Positions 10,038 through 24,660 of a DNA stretch of 64,000 nt are shown piece after piece (the first letter of the stretch is position 1; every line of letters begins with the position of its first letter). Position numbers and translations under genes: made by a program. The stretch is from IMG/VR virus record IMGVR_UViG_2609459856_000007, positions 1 through 64,000 of that record, one strand, 5' to 3'. Source of the stretch: a virus (Duplodnaviria; Heunggongvirae; Uroviricota; Caudoviricetes). A model generated the notes under the pieces. The model ran no database searches, was not told where the DNA came from, and was given only the letters and a program-made list of their open reading frames with translations.

Positions 10038-10330
10038 TGGCACCCACAATTTATCACCGTATCGACGGTACCAAATACAGGAATGTCTGGGTTGTTGGTG
10101 ATCTGCATGGTTGCTACACCAGACTGATGTCCGAACTCCATCGTGTGGATTTTGACCCGGCGCAGGATTTACTGATATCGGTCGGCGACCTTATCGATCG
10201 CGGTACTGAAAATGTCGAATGTCTGGAACTATTGCAGATGCCCTGGTTCAGGGCAGTGATGGGGAACCATGAGCGGCTGATGATTGATGCGTTAAGTCCA
10301 GATGGCAACGTGAATAAACAAATTGGGTGA
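10019..10330 (+). pseudogene. lambda-type Ser/Thr protein phosphatase, N-terminal half only (homology ends about 10315)
   Basis: Metallophosphatase motifs GDLHG, GDLIDRG, GNHE; alignment with lambda PPase as recalled ends at ...GNVN, followed by 4 unrelated codons and a stop. Confidence 0.8.
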
Positions 10331-10433
10331 AGACAAAGGTATCGGTGAAGTTGTCGGCGTTGGCCGTCAGTGGACTGGTCTGAATACCGAGCTGTACACC
10401 TCTCTTTAAGTCATCTGAAATGACTCTGAGGTG

Positions 10434-10481
10434 TCTGTTAAACCTGTGGCGATTCAGTCTATTAAACCTGTAGCGATTCAC
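10434..10481. repeat. tandem 24-bp direct repeat (2 copies) upstream of hsdM
   Basis: TCTGTTAAACCTGTGGCGATTCAG / TCTATTAAACCTGTAGCGATTCAC; preceded by hairpin AGTCAT-CTGAA-ATGACT (about 10408-10426). Confidence 0.6.
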
Positions 10482-10641
10482 TTTATGGTGTCATAAACTT
10501 AAATCTAGCGCCGGGTAGAACAAGTTAATCGAACGATGTAGCGGCCATTTAGGCGTTACAGAAAGAACAGAATTTTAAATTTATAGTGAAGCCGTTGCAG
10601 CAACTTTGTGGGGTGCAACCAACACTGAACAGGAAAAGAAA

Positions 10642-13065
10642 ATGGATCATAGTGTACATAACAAGCTCATCTCATTTATTTGGAACATTGCCGACGACTG
10701 TTTACGTGATGTGTACGTTCGCGGTAAGTACCGCGATGTGATTTTACCTATGGTGGTATTACGACGTTTAGATACGTTACTTGAACCCACCAAAGAAGCC
10801 GTGCTTGAAGAGGTCAAGTTCCAAAAAGAAGAGATGCAAGCCACGGAGCTTGATGATGAACCATTGAAGGCGGCTAGTGGTTATGTTTTTTACAATACAT
10901 CTAAATGGACCCTGAAATCCCTGTTCAACACCGCAACGAATAACCAACAGATATTACTCGCCAACTTTGAAGAGTACCTGCTTGGCTTTAGCGATAATGT
11001 TAAAGAAATCATTGAATGCTTTAACCTCAAGTCGCAAATTCGTCACATGGCCTCAAAGCAAGTCCTTCTTGATGTCGTCGAAAAGTTTGTTTCCCCTTAC
11101 ATCAACTTAACTCATGAAACGGTCGAAGACCCAGATGGCAACAAGATGCCAGCCCTTACTAACCTGGGTATGGGGTACGTGTTCGAAGAGTTGATCCGTA
11201 AGTTCAACGAGGAGAATAACGAAGAAGCCGGTGAGCACTTTACACCTAGGGAAGTGATTGAGCTGATGACACACTTGGTTTTTGACCCAGTGAAAGAGCA
11301 GCTACCATTGACCATGACCGTTTACGACCCTGCGTGTGGTAGCGGTGGTATGCTCACTGAATCTCAAAACTTCATTGAAGAGAAATACCCGAACGACAGC
11401 CGAGATATTTACCTTTACGGCAAAGAGATCAATGACGAGACCTACGCGATTTGTAAATCGGACATGATGATCAAAGGTAACAACCCTGAGAACATCAAGG
11501 TAGGCTCAACCTTGTCTACCGACGAGTTTGCGGCTTCACGCTTTGACTTTATGTTGTCTACCCCGCCATACGGTAAGAGTTGGGCGTCTGAACAGAAGTA
11601 CATTAAAGACGGCAGTGATGTGATTGACCCGCGTTTTAAGGTTAGCCTGAAAGACTATTGGGGAAATCTCGAAGTGGTGGATGCCACGCCACGTTCGAGT
11701 GATGGCCAGCTGCTTTTCTTAATGGAGATGGTCAACAAGATGAAAGATCCGAGCGTAAGTCCATTAGGCAGCCGGATTGCCTCTGTTCATAACGGCTCAT
11801 CGCTCTTTACCGGTGATGCGGGCGGTGGCGAAAGTAATATTCGTCGCTTCATCATTGAAAACGACATGCTAGATGCCATCGTTCAGTTACCTAATAACCT
11901 GTTCTATAACACTGGCATTACCACTTACATTTGGGTGTTGAGCAACAATAAACCTGAGGCGCGTAAAGGTAAGGTGCAATTAATTGATGCCAGCTTGCTC
12001 TACCGTAAGTTGCGCAAGAACTTAGGTAACAAAAACTGCGAATTTGCGCCTGAGCACATCACGGAAATTACCGATACTTACCTCGCGTGTAAGGATGTTG
12101 AAAGAGCACTGGATGCAAACAATGATCCTGTTGGCATCGCCAGTAAGGTATTCAGCAATGACGATTTTGGCTACTACAAAGTCACTATCGAGCGCCCAGA
12201 TCGCCGCAAAGCCAAGTTTACTCAAGATGCCATAGCCCCACTGCGTTTTGATAAGCAACTTAGTGAAGTGATGGAGTACGTGTACGCAGAGCACGGCGAA
12301 CGTGTTTACGAAAAAACTGGCTACGGGTCAGATCAGAAAAAGAGCTTCTTAAAATCCATCGAGAAAGACATTCTTTCTTGGTGTGAAGATAACGACATCA
12401 GTCTCAATGCTAAGGCTAAGGCCAAACTGCTTGATGTGAAACACTGGCTGGCGCTAAAAGCATTGCTTGAAACTGCACAAACGCTGATGGCTGACATCGG
12501 TAGCATTGAATTTGATGACTTCAATAGCTTTAAAACCCAAGTTGATAAATCGCTAAAAGCCCATGCTATTAAGCTTTCAGCACCTGAGAAAAATGCCATT
12601 CTTCACGCGGTGAGCTGGTATGACGAAACCGCCAAGAAAGTGGTTAAAAAGGTAGTTAAATTAACGGGTGATAAATTAAACGACCTGCTGGAGCGCTATG
12701 AGTGTGAAGTCGCTGACTTGCCAGATTTTGGTTATTACCCCGTTCCTTCAGCAGAAGGCGGTAAAAAAGGCGAGTATATCACTTACGAGACCAATTCAGA
12801 CCTGCGAGATACAGAATCTGTTCCATTAAAGCAAAGCATTTACCAGTACTTCCTAGATGAAGTGAAGCCTCATGTCGATGAAGCATGGATAAACCTAGAT
12901 ACGGTAAAAATTGGCTATGAAATCAGCTTCAATAAGTATTTCTACCGTCATAAACCGCTGCGTAGTTTAGAAGAGGTCGCAACCGACATCATCAACCTAG
13001 AACAAAAAGCCGAAGGTTTGATTGCGCAGATTCTTGGTGCGGAAGTAAAAAAGGTTCAGGGGTAA
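10642..13065 (+). CDS. hsdM: Type I restriction-modification methyltransferase subunit HsdM (long form with C-terminal extension)
   Basis: N6-adenine methyltransferase motifs (DPACGSGGM, STPPYG); track ORF starts at 10606 but ATG at 10642 with upstream GGAAAAG is the likelier start. Confidence 0.85.
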   Translation: MDHSVHNKLISFIWNIADDCLRDVYVRGKYRDVILPMVVLRRLDTLLEPTKEAVLEEVKFQKEEMQATELDDEPLKAASGYVFYNTSKWTLKSLFNTATNNQQILLANFEEYLLGFSDNVKEIIECFNLKSQIRHMASKQVLLDVVEKFVSPYINLTHETVEDPDGNKMPALTNLGMGYVFEELIRKFNEENNEEAGEHFTPREVIELMTHLVFDPVKEQLPLTMTVYDPACGSGGMLTESQNFIEEKYPNDSRDIYLYGKEINDETYAICKSDMMIKGNNPENIKVGSTLSTDEFAASRFDFMLSTPPYGKSWASEQKYIKDGSDVIDPRFKVSLKDYWGNLEVVDATPRSSDGQLLFLMEMVNKMKDPSVSPLGSRIASVHNGSSLFTGDAGGGESNIRRFIIENDMLDAIVQLPNNLFYNTGITTYIWVLSNNKPEARKGKVQLIDASLLYRKLRKNLGNKNCEFAPEHITEITDTYLACKDVERALDANNDPVGIASKVFSNDDFGYYKVTIERPDRRKAKFTQDAIAPLRFDKQLSEVMEYVYAEHGERVYEKTGYGSDQKKSFLKSIEKDILSWCEDNDISLNAKAKAKLLDVKHWLALKALLETAQTLMADIGSIEFDDFNSFKTQVDKSLKAHAIKLSAPEKNAILHAVSWYDETAKKVVKKVVKLTGDKLNDLLERYECEVADLPDFGYYPVPSAEGGKKGEYITYETNSDLRDTESVPLKQSIYQYFLDEVKPHVDEAWINLDTVKIGYEISFNKYFYRHKPLRSLEEVATDIINLEQKAEGLIAQILGAEVKKVQG

Positions 13066-13071
13066 GTCGTT

Positions 13072-14346
13072 ATGATGAAGATTTCTGAAATGCCGAAATA
13101 TGAGGTTTATAAGGATTCAGGTGTTGAATGGCTAGGGGATATTCCTGCGTCTTGGAGCTTATTAGCTAATAAGCACATCTTTCGCTTGAAGAAAAAACAG
13201 GTTGGAAAACGCTCAAGCGAATATGATTTGCTATCGCTTACTCTCAGAGGTGTGATTAAGCGTGATATGGAAAACCCAGAGGGTAAGTTCCCAGCAGAGT
13301 TCGATACTTATCAAGAAGTGCAGTGTGGAGATTTCATTTTCTGCTTGTTCGACGTGGAAGAAACACCCAGAACTGTTGGGTTGTCGCCATTTAATGGGAT
13401 GATTACTGGTGCATATACCGTTTTTGAACTAAATGACAATTTTGATAATAGGTTTTTATACTATTTTTATATGAACCTTGATGCAAAAAAGATGCTTAAA
13501 CCGCTTTATCGTGGCCTGAGAAATACAATTCCTAAAGATTCATTTCTGAGTTTTAAGACGTTTGTTCCTCCCCATGAGCAACAAACCCGTATCGCCAACT
13601 TCCTAGACAAGAAAATCGCTCTAATCGACGAAGCGATTTCGATCAAAGAAAAGCAAATTAATCTGTTAAAAGAACGTAAGCAGATCATCATCCAACAGGC
13701 GGTGACCCAAGGGCTTGATCCCAATGTGCCAATGAAAGACTCCGGTGTGGATTGGATTGGTAAGATTCCAGCGCATTGGAACTTAATGTCATTGAGATAT
13801 GCGTTTGAGTTTCTTAACAGTAGAAGAGTTCCAATAAGCGCAGTTGAGAGAGAGTCGAGACAGGGCGTATATCCGTATTACGGAGCAAGTGGTGTTATCG
13901 ATTATGTTGATGACTACATCTTTGATGAAGATTTAATCTTGATCGCTGAAGATGGCGCGAATTTGCTAAGCAAGTCAACACCATTGGCTTTTGTTGCAAC
14001 TGGAAAGTATTGGGTGAATAACCATGCACATATTATTAAGCCAAAATTTCATGGTTTTAAATACTGGGCCGAATTATTAAGCGGATTGGACTATACGGTA
14101 TATATTTCTGGTGCGGCACAGCCAAAATTAACAAGGGATCGTCTTGCAAGTGTATTGGTTCCAGTGCCACCAAAAGATGAAATTCAAGAAATAATTTCGT
14201 TCATTGAAGGAATTGAGCCAGATCTGAATCGCACGATTGATATCCAAAAGTCGCAGATTGAAAAGCTTAAAGAATACAAAACCACCCTGATCAACAGCGC
14301 CGTGACAGGAAAAATAAAAATCACCCCAGAAATGGTTGAGCAATAG
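13072..14346 (+). CDS. hsdS: Type I R-M specificity subunit HsdS
   Basis: 424-aa ORF between hsdM and hsdR with two-TRD-like repeated architecture and a conserved central coiled region. Confidence 0.8.
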   Translation: MMKISEMPKYEVYKDSGVEWLGDIPASWSLLANKHIFRLKKKQVGKRSSEYDLLSLTLRGVIKRDMENPEGKFPAEFDTYQEVQCGDFIFCLFDVEETPRTVGLSPFNGMITGAYTVFELNDNFDNRFLYYFYMNLDAKKMLKPLYRGLRNTIPKDSFLSFKTFVPPHEQQTRIANFLDKKIALIDEAISIKEKQINLLKERKQIIIQQAVTQGLDPNVPMKDSGVDWIGKIPAHWNLMSLRYAFEFLNSRRVPISAVERESRQGVYPYYGASGVIDYVDDYIFDEDLILIAEDGANLLSKSTPLAFVATGKYWVNNHAHIIKPKFHGFKYWAELLSGLDYTVYISGAAQPKLTRDRLASVLVPVPPKDEIQEIISFIEGIEPDLNRTIDIQKSQIEKLKEYKTTLINSAVTGKIKITPEMVEQ

Positions 14347-14355
14347 GACGCGAAT

Positions 14356-15519
14356 ATGTTCACGGTAAATCATCAAACTAACAGGATTAGTCCTGTTAGG
14401 ACAAAGAAGTTCAGTGAGTTGGGCTTTACTGAGCGCAAGCATCTTCAGGAGTGGTTGGCACACGAACCTTCCGCATTGGGTGAAGAGTTGTTGATTATTC
14501 AAAAAGAGTTCGATGGCTTTGATGACACCCGTGAACGATTAGATTTACTGGCACTGGATAAAGATGGCAACTTGGTCATTATTGAAAATAAGCTGGACGA
14601 CAGTGGCCGAGATGTGGTGTGGCAGGCCCTTAAATATGCCTCTTACTGTGCCAGTTTAACCAAAGCACAAATAGTTGACATTTACCAGCAGTACTGAGAT
14701 CGCTATGAGCCTGTAACAGCAGAGGTTGACCTGTTAAATGCCCCTGCAAGTGCTTCGGCGAGAATATGTGAATTTTTGGATGCGCCCGATCTGGATGAGT
14801 TAAAGCTCAACCTGGGTAACAGCCAGCGCATTATGCTAGTTGCGGCGAACTTTCGCAAAGAAGTAACCAGCACAGCGCTGTGGTTATTGGGTCAAGGCAT
14901 TAGCATTGCCTGCTTCAAAATCACTCCTTATTCACTGGGTGAACAGCTACTGATTAATATTGACCAGATCATCCCAACGCCAGAAGCGAAAGAGTTGATG
15001 ATCGGCATTAATGCCAAGGAAGCGGAAGAAAAAACCACCGAAGTGGTACTAAAAAACCGCCATACGGTGCGTCGCGAGTACTGGGAGCGTGCCTTAGAGG
15101 CGTTTCAGAAAAGCGCTTGCCAACTCTATAACAATATTAGCCCAAGCAAAGATCATTGGTTATCAGCAGGCTCAGGGTTAAGTGGGTGTCCGTATAACCT
15201 GATATTTCTGCAAAAAGAGCTTCGAGTAGAGCTTTGGATCAGCCGTGGGGTTACCGAAGAGAATAAATACCTTTTTGACTTGTTGAGTCAGTCCAAACAG
15301 GACATTGAACATGCTTTTGGTGCAGAACTTGAGTGGATGAGGCTGGATGAGAAGAAATCTTGCCGTATTCAGTTTTCGACCAAAGCTGATGGGTTTAATA
15401 AAGAGACGTGGCCCCAAGCGGTTGCGTGGCACTTAGAGCAGATGACAAAGTTAGAAAAAGCCTTGAAAGGACCGCTGCAAAAAGCGGCTGAGGCAATGAA
15501 ACAGAAGAATTTTGATTAA
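14356..15519 (+). pseudogene. PD-(D/E)xK nuclease-like protein (DUF4268-like) embedded between hsdS and hsdR, interrupted by an in-frame TGA at 14695-14697
   Basis: Track ORFs 14356-14697 and 14776-15519 are in the same frame and separated only by one TGA; N-terminal motif DLLALD...IIENK. Confidence 0.6.
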
Positions 15520-15533
15520 GGGAATTTACAATT

Positions 15534-19252
<3,719 letters not shown>

Positions 19253-19432
19253 CCACTTCATCTACACTCGCGGCATTGGAAGCAAAGATATGGTCGTCTG
19301 GCACCTGATGCACATTGATAAGGCTATCAACCACACGCTGGAGAAGTTCTTTCCACCAGCCTGAACACAATGATTGTGCGCCTTATAGCGCCCATTAAGA
19401 TAGATAAGTACTTACCAACAAGGAGAAAACAC

Positions 19433-20056
19433 ATGAAGACTTTGGTTCGCATTTCATCTAGTACCGACTATGACGTTTACCCGTTGTTCATGATCAAGTG
19501 CGACGGGCTGAACGATGAAGAAATTCAAGCGGCAATTGAACGCAATCTAGTTGAATACACAGGAATGGATGCGGATTCTATTTATATCGATGATGACGGT
19601 GTTTGTTGGCACAACGGTAGCTGCTGGTACGTATACGACACAATGCTGGTACCCAAAATCCTGCGCACCAGAATCCATCTCCCTGCGACCAAAACGTCAA
19701 AAACGACTCGTGATATCACTCAAAAACAGAAGCGCTCAGAAGCGCTCCCGTTGCGTTATATTTGGCATCTAAACAAATTGTTTTCAGGTATAAGAAAACA
19801 AGTTAACAACCCCCACAGGAAACCCAGAGACGCCATTACCCACAATCCCGGAAACATCCACCTCTTCCTGTCAGGCTACCGAAAAGACCCACCTCATTGC
19901 CCCAGGCTACAGACCACCCACCTAATATTCCCAGGCAACCGAGAACGCGGTTCGCACGCGCAAACCCCGATACGTCATTACCCAATACACGGAGAAGAAC
20001 AGCCAGAACGAAACCCCGGACAAACCCAGACAAGAACAGGAGCCGTCACAATCTAG
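19433..20056 (+). CDS. hypothetical protein; 3' part runs into repeat DNA and may be over-extended
   Basis: ATG at 19433 with AAGGAG 8 nt upstream; C-terminal third is low-complexity translation of the 19970-20235 repeats. Confidence 0.35.
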   Translation: MKTLVRISSSTDYDVYPLFMIKCDGLNDEEIQAAIERNLVEYTGMDADSIYIDDDGVCWHNGSCWYVYDTMLVPKILRTRIHLPATKTSKTTRDITQKQKRSEALPLRYIWHLNKLFSGIRKQVNNPHRKPRDAITHNPGNIHLFLSGYRKDPPHCPRLQTTHLIFPGNRERGSHAQTPIRHYPIHGEEQPERNPGQTQTRTGAVTI

Positions 20057-20235
20057 TTTACCCACCATTACCCCGAAAGAGAGCGCAAATTCCTGAATAG
20101 CAGGGAACGCCATTACTTCATATGCGGAGAACAACTAAAGCGCCCTACTGCCATTACCCACACTTTCATCATTTCACGTAAACGAAGAGAAAAGCGCACC
20201 TGCCATTACTCCATACACGGAGAAGAACAATCACC
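19970..20235. repeat. direct repeats GCCATTAC(C/T)...ACGGAGAAGAAC (about 4 copies)
   Basis: Copies near 19975, 20111, 20150 and 20201. Confidence 0.55.
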
Positions 20236-20514
20236 AAAACGACGAGAACAACCCAGACGAAAACACAGAGAAGAACCACCTCAAGAAGAACGAAACCACA
20301 TACGCCGGTAGAGAGTACAAACCACCCATTTCACCCACAGGAATAGTCGCCGTATTGAGCGTTATCAGAGAGAAGGTTTATGCCCACATAAGAGAGAAAA
20401 TTCGTGGGAGGTATAAGTGGGAAGGGGAAGAGGGGTATCGCTACTTTTTCCGTATAAATTCAAGCCATAGTTTTCATCCCCCGTAACGTCCCTTTCCACC
20501 CCTTCGGTCAGCCT

Positions 20515-20700
20515 TCGGGCCATCCAGGGAAAAGGCCATGTCCCTTTTCAGAAACGGGAGCGTCGCCGCAGGGAAAAGGCTGGAGGTTTTCAGGGAAACG
20601 GTGGGAATCCCGCTATACGAACCGGGAAAAGGCTGGCTGCCGGTCGGGAAACGGGTACATCCCGGTACAGAGTGAGGGACGACTGCGAGAGCGGTGCGGG
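20515..20700. repeat. cluster of GGGAAA(A/C)GG direct repeats (6 or more copies)
   Basis: GGGAAAAGGC at about 20528, 20570, 20623; GGGAAACGG at about 20593, 20647. Confidence 0.6.
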
Positions 20701-21039
20701 AAATCTTCGGGAGTGCGCCTTGCTCTTCGCTCGCCTGAAAATCGCGAGGGAGTGTCGTTCCCTCTCGTGCAGCTGCTGAACTCCATTCTGCCAGACCATC
20801 CTCGGGTCTCAAGCGATTTCAGTAGGTTTTCGGGGAGAAGAAAATTCTGCCCACCAGCCCTGCGGCGCGCGTAGAGCAGAATATCGTAAATACTGGTTCC
20901 CGTGTCGTTCCCGGATATTCACTGCCCAGCCTGGCTTTCACGACATAAAATCCTTTTTCGCCTTTGTCTTATTGCGACAATAACACCAACAAGTAAACAA
21001 CATGTTTAGACGTTATATAAACGAAGTGAGGATGAAGGG

Positions 21040-21258
21040 ATGATTAAGATGCCTGTGACGGTTGAGGTGTGGGGCGTGGATTCCCTGGCTGAGTGTCTGG
21101 ATGCAGTGGGGCCGGAGTTGTACCGCAAGTTGTGGTCGTTCGTCCCGGCAGAAGGGGAATCGCCCAAAGGGAAGGATATCTGGCACCTGCTTAGTGAAGA
21201 TGAAAAGCGGGAGCTGGTGGACGCGGTACACAGCGAGTTCCCGGACGACGAAGATTAA
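21040..21258 (+). CDS. small acidic hypothetical protein (72 aa)
   Basis: ORF preceded by operator motif at 20994-21008 and a GAGGA ribosome-binding site. Confidence 0.5.
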   Translation: MIKMPVTVEVWGVDSLAECLDAVGPELYRKLWSFVPAEGESPKGKDIWHLLSEDEKRELVDAVHSEFPDDED

Positions 21259-21397
21259 GAGTGAGACCACCAGCACGGTGGCTTTTGTCGCTATTAACCT
21301 CCGGGGCAGCGCAGCACCGTAACGATATACTTTGTGGCCGTTTTCTTACTGGTATTGTTTACGCAATTCAGAAAACAACATGTTTAAGGATTGCTTT

Positions 21398-21727
21398 ATG
21401 TTTGCAAATATCGACATCAACCAAATCAAGAAAATGACTCAAAAAGAGTTTGACCAGTTTTATGAGTTAGAAGGTTGGTCTTCCACGCTGATCAATTCGC
21501 GCTGGGTGCTTGAGCTGATGACTCGTGATGATGCTCCTGCTTTGATTATTTGCGACATGGGTGAAGATGCTGACTTTATGGATATGAGCGAATTTTGTGT
21601 GGACACATACAACCGCAGCCAGAAGTACTACTTCACATGCGATAGCGAGAATGACGTGATTTCTAAGCTCTATCTTCACCTTGTCCAGCATTGGGACGTG
21701 CAGGAATTCCTTGAGTTATTCGCGTAA
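21398..21727 (+). CDS. small hypothetical protein (109 aa)
   Basis: ATG at 21398 downstream of operator motif 21372-21386; track ORF 21332-21727. Confidence 0.5.
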   Translation: MFANIDINQIKKMTQKEFDQFYELEGWSSTLINSRWVLELMTRDDAPALIICDMGEDADFMDMSEFCVDTYNRSQKYYFTCDSENDVISKLYLHLVQHWDVQEFLELFA

Positions 21728-21887
21728 GCCCAACCAAAGCCAGCACCGCCTGCTGGCTTAACTTCTCTGTAGCCGCAGGGCAGAACCACCTTTAGATAAT
21801 TCATGTGCCTGAGCAATATGCTTTGTAGCCGTTTTTACACTGGTATTATTTACGCCATTGAGAAAACAATTTGTTTACGGAGTGGTG

Positions 21888-22199
21888 ATGAATACTTCAT
21901 TGGTGCTGGGTCTTGCTGAAGGCCAGGAGAGAAAAGAAAAACCAACCTTAATGGGGCATCTCACATTGCTGGATATCGTAGCGAATGGGACTTCTATCCG
22001 TCTGTTTCGTGAAAAAGCCATTACCTTCGACGCGGGCAATTTTACGCGCTATGTGATGGTAGTTCGTCGCCAGCGTGGAAGAGGGTGGATGTCGGTCCAG
22101 AAAATGTGGCCAGAGGACCAGCTTGAACTGGCGCTGATGGAAGCCAACCGTGTCGCCCAACAAGAGATCCAACGAGCGTCTGTTCAGGCGGTAGCTTAA
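21888..22199 (+). CDS. small hypothetical protein (103 aa)
   Basis: ATG at 21888 downstream of operator motif 21863-21877. Confidence 0.5.
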   Translation: MNTSLVLGLAEGQERKEKPTLMGHLTLLDIVANGTSIRLFREKAITFDAGNFTRYVMVVRRQRGRGWMSVQKMWPEDQLELALMEANRVAQQEIQRASVQAVA

Positions 22200-22320
22200 A
22201 CATGTGCAAGCAGTAGTTAGTCGACCCTACGACAGCCCCGTCCATCCTTCGGGGCTTTTTTGTATTGTAAGTACTTACTTATGATAATAAAATTAAAAAT
22301 TAAACACTAAGGAGAGTGAA

Positions 22321-22716
22321 ATGACCGTTAAACGCGAAAATCTGACCCTGGATATGTATTATGCATCAGAGACGGAAAATGGAGACAAAGTTGCAAAAAT
22401 TACAATTGTGCTACGCGATAATGCCTCCGGCGAAGAAGTTCACACCAGTACCTTAACTCGCACCGGCGAGGCGACAAAGGGGAAATATTCGGTGCGTTAC
22501 CAAAGCATCAGTAATGCTTCTGACCCTTTACTGATAAAACTGGAAACTCATTTCCGTGGCGCGGATCAGACGTTGTTTGAAAATTTGATGAAAAAGGTCG
22601 ATACGGTTTATACATCGAGTTTAAATACCAATAGTACCTGGATGGGACAACACGGTCTGCGAATAATCTCCGGCGAAAAGATCGACACCATTGTCCCTGA
22701 AAGCGTATTCGCTTAA
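22321..22716 (+). CDS. small hypothetical protein (131 aa)
   Basis: Strong ribosome-binding site AAGGAGAG; followed by a terminator. Confidence 0.55.
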   Translation: MTVKRENLTLDMYYASETENGDKVAKITIVLRDNASGEEVHTSTLTRTGEATKGKYSVRYQSISNASDPLLIKLETHFRGADQTLFENLMKKVDTVYTSSLNTNSTWMGQHGLRIISGEKIDTIVPESVFA

Positions 22717-22726
22717 TCCTCTTTGA

Positions 22727-22754
22727 ATGGCGCGTATCCCGCGCCATTTTCTTA
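22727..22754 (+). terminator. rho-independent terminator
   Basis: GGCGCG-TATCCC-GCGCC hairpin followed by ATTTTCTT. Confidence 0.6.
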
Positions 22755-22833
22755 TCCCCGATAACAAAATGTTTTCTGCCTTATCTGATTTGTGAAAATG
22801 ATTTCACTGAAGCAACTTAATAAGGAAACCATC

Positions 22834-23208
22834 ATGGGACTTGATATCTATATCGAGACGCAGCCTAAAAACGATCTGAATAACGAGGCATCCAGAAAGC
22901 AGGTTGCTTACTTCCGTAAGTTCAATGCGCTCGTTGGGTGGATGGAGCGCAACGTAGGTGAAGTCGAAAATTGTGAGCTTTTAGAATTAACGATGAATGA
23001 CATTTGTTTTCTGAAGGCTCATTTGATGCACATAAACGAAAGTAATTGCGAAGAGTACTTGCCTACCCAGGAAGGTTTTTTCTTCGGCAGTCAGGAGTAC
23101 GATGAAGGTTACTGGCATGACGTGGGGGAGTTGAAAGAGATTGTGGAAGATCTGATTAAGAACCACGACTTTCACAATAATAGACTGACCTTCTGCGCCT
23201 GGTGGTAA
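22834..23208 (+). CDS. small hypothetical protein (124 aa)
   Basis: ATG at 22834 with AAGGAAAC ribosome-binding site; operator-like AACA-N3-TGTT at 22762-22776. Confidence 0.5.
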   Translation: MGLDIYIETQPKNDLNNEASRKQVAYFRKFNALVGWMERNVGEVENCELLELTMNDICFLKAHLMHINESNCEEYLPTQEGFFFGSQEYDEGYWHDVGELKEIVEDLIKNHDFHNNRLTFCAWW

Positions 23209-23537
23209 ATATGGGCGATTTCAAGAAACGCCTGAAGGAGAGAGCCGAGATGGTCAGAAAGCGAAACGCCTCTTCTGTCATAAGATACGCAAGGCAGTTT
23301 AGTCGCAACAACAAATCAGTTGAGGAAAAGATCCTTAGCGTAATCGGGCGATAATTATTAAGGCCAGCAGCATTGGTGGTCTTAAATGACTTTTAATAAC
23401 CGAAGGTTAGTTTGAAACCTGGCTATCAACTTCCAGAACCTTTCTTGTGTATTCAGCCTGTATTAACTTCTTTTATGCCTTATCTACACTGCGATAATTA
23501 CACCAACAAGAAAACAATATGTTTACGCAGTGAGGAT

Positions 23538-23825
23538 ATGCTCATGACTGATTTCACCATTACCCCTAAAGCACAAAATGTATTCCTTGAATCATGGCTG
23601 GACTTGCCGGAAACAGAACAGCAAGAAATGGATCATGTGGAATATGACGAGCAGGTAAGCACGCGATTCTTCCACTTTGAGGGCTGCGTTTACGACATTG
23701 CCGACTTCATGCGAGATGACCGCTTCCCTGAATGGCACGCAAGCTATCCACTAAACGCCTTCGCCATGCTGATGATCCGTGTGGATGATTCAGGGGATAC
23801 CATCGACATCGGTCTGCTCCACTAA
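23538..23825 (+). CDS. small acidic hypothetical protein (95 aa)
   Basis: ATG at 23538 downstream of operator motif 23511-23525; followed by GGCCACCA...TGGTGGCC hairpin (23828-23852). Confidence 0.5.
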   Translation: MLMTDFTITPKAQNVFLESWLDLPETEQQEMDHVEYDEQVSTRFFHFEGCVYDIADFMRDDRFPEWHASYPLNAFAMLMIRVDDSGDTIDIGLLH

Positions 23826-24029
23826 AGAGTAAGGCCACCAATGCTGGTGGCCTTAAATGACCATCCTGTTTCCCGCAGGCTAAAAACACCAACCTCTTAC
23901 CTCCAGGCAACCGACAAACCCACCTGTTCCCGTCCGGCTACCGCAACTTTCCACTTTGACGCCTTATTCGTACAACGATAATTAAAACCAACAAGAAAAC
24001 AATTTGTTATTTACGATAAGGAATTAATC

Positions 24030-24512
24030 ATGAATTTTATCGCTATTGTAAACGCACCCGCACATGGCAATATCGCTGTAACGTTCTCTGACATTGAAAA
24101 ACGAGTACTTGGTGCATGGCGCGACAATGAGACGGTAGAACTGTCAGCACAAGAAAAATGCATTATTGCACGCGACATCATTTGCAATCGTCGTTACTCA
24201 CGGGTAATTGAGAAAGCGTATGTCGCAAATTCTGGCTTCGGAACATTTGTCTTCCCGGTGCGCTCCGGGCGATTCTGCCAGTCCAAGCTGATTGAGTTCG
24301 CTACGCAGATTTCTGTCTGGATTAAAACTCAATCGTCGTTCAAATTTTCCGACGATGAAGCAGTATCGCAGGGGATGCGGATCGCCAACAATGCAATAAA
24401 ATACAAAAACATTACGTATGCCGCTGGCGTTGACACATGGAAACTGTTTTGCGCTAACTTTATGCTGAATGTATACGCAAGCAACCGCATCCACATCCTT
24501 GATGGCGTGTAA
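24030..24512 (+). CDS. hypothetical protein (160 aa)
   Basis: ORF downstream of operator motif 23997-24011. Confidence 0.5.
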   Translation: MNFIAIVNAPAHGNIAVTFSDIEKRVLGAWRDNETVELSAQEKCIIARDIICNRRYSRVIEKAYVANSGFGTFVFPVRSGRFCQSKLIEFATQISVWIKTQSSFKFSDDEAVSQGMRIANNAIKYKNITYAAGVDTWKLFCANFMLNVYASNRIHILDGV

Positions 24513-24544
24513 CTGAGAAGAGGGCCAGAAACGGCCCTTTCTCT

Positions 24545-24660
24545 ATAGCCACCAGCTGCCGCAGGGAAATTTTCAGAAACGGCGAGGAACGCATTCATGA
24601 GCCGAAGGGAAACGACCATGAAATTTTCTGGAAACGGCGGGGGGCGCCTTTATGTAGAAA
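24545..24660. repeat. second cluster of GGGAAA/GAAACGG repeats, homologous to 20515-20700
   Basis: CCGCAGGGAAA...TTTTCAGAAACGG shared with the first cluster; GGGCCATCCAG also present in both. Confidence 0.55.
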
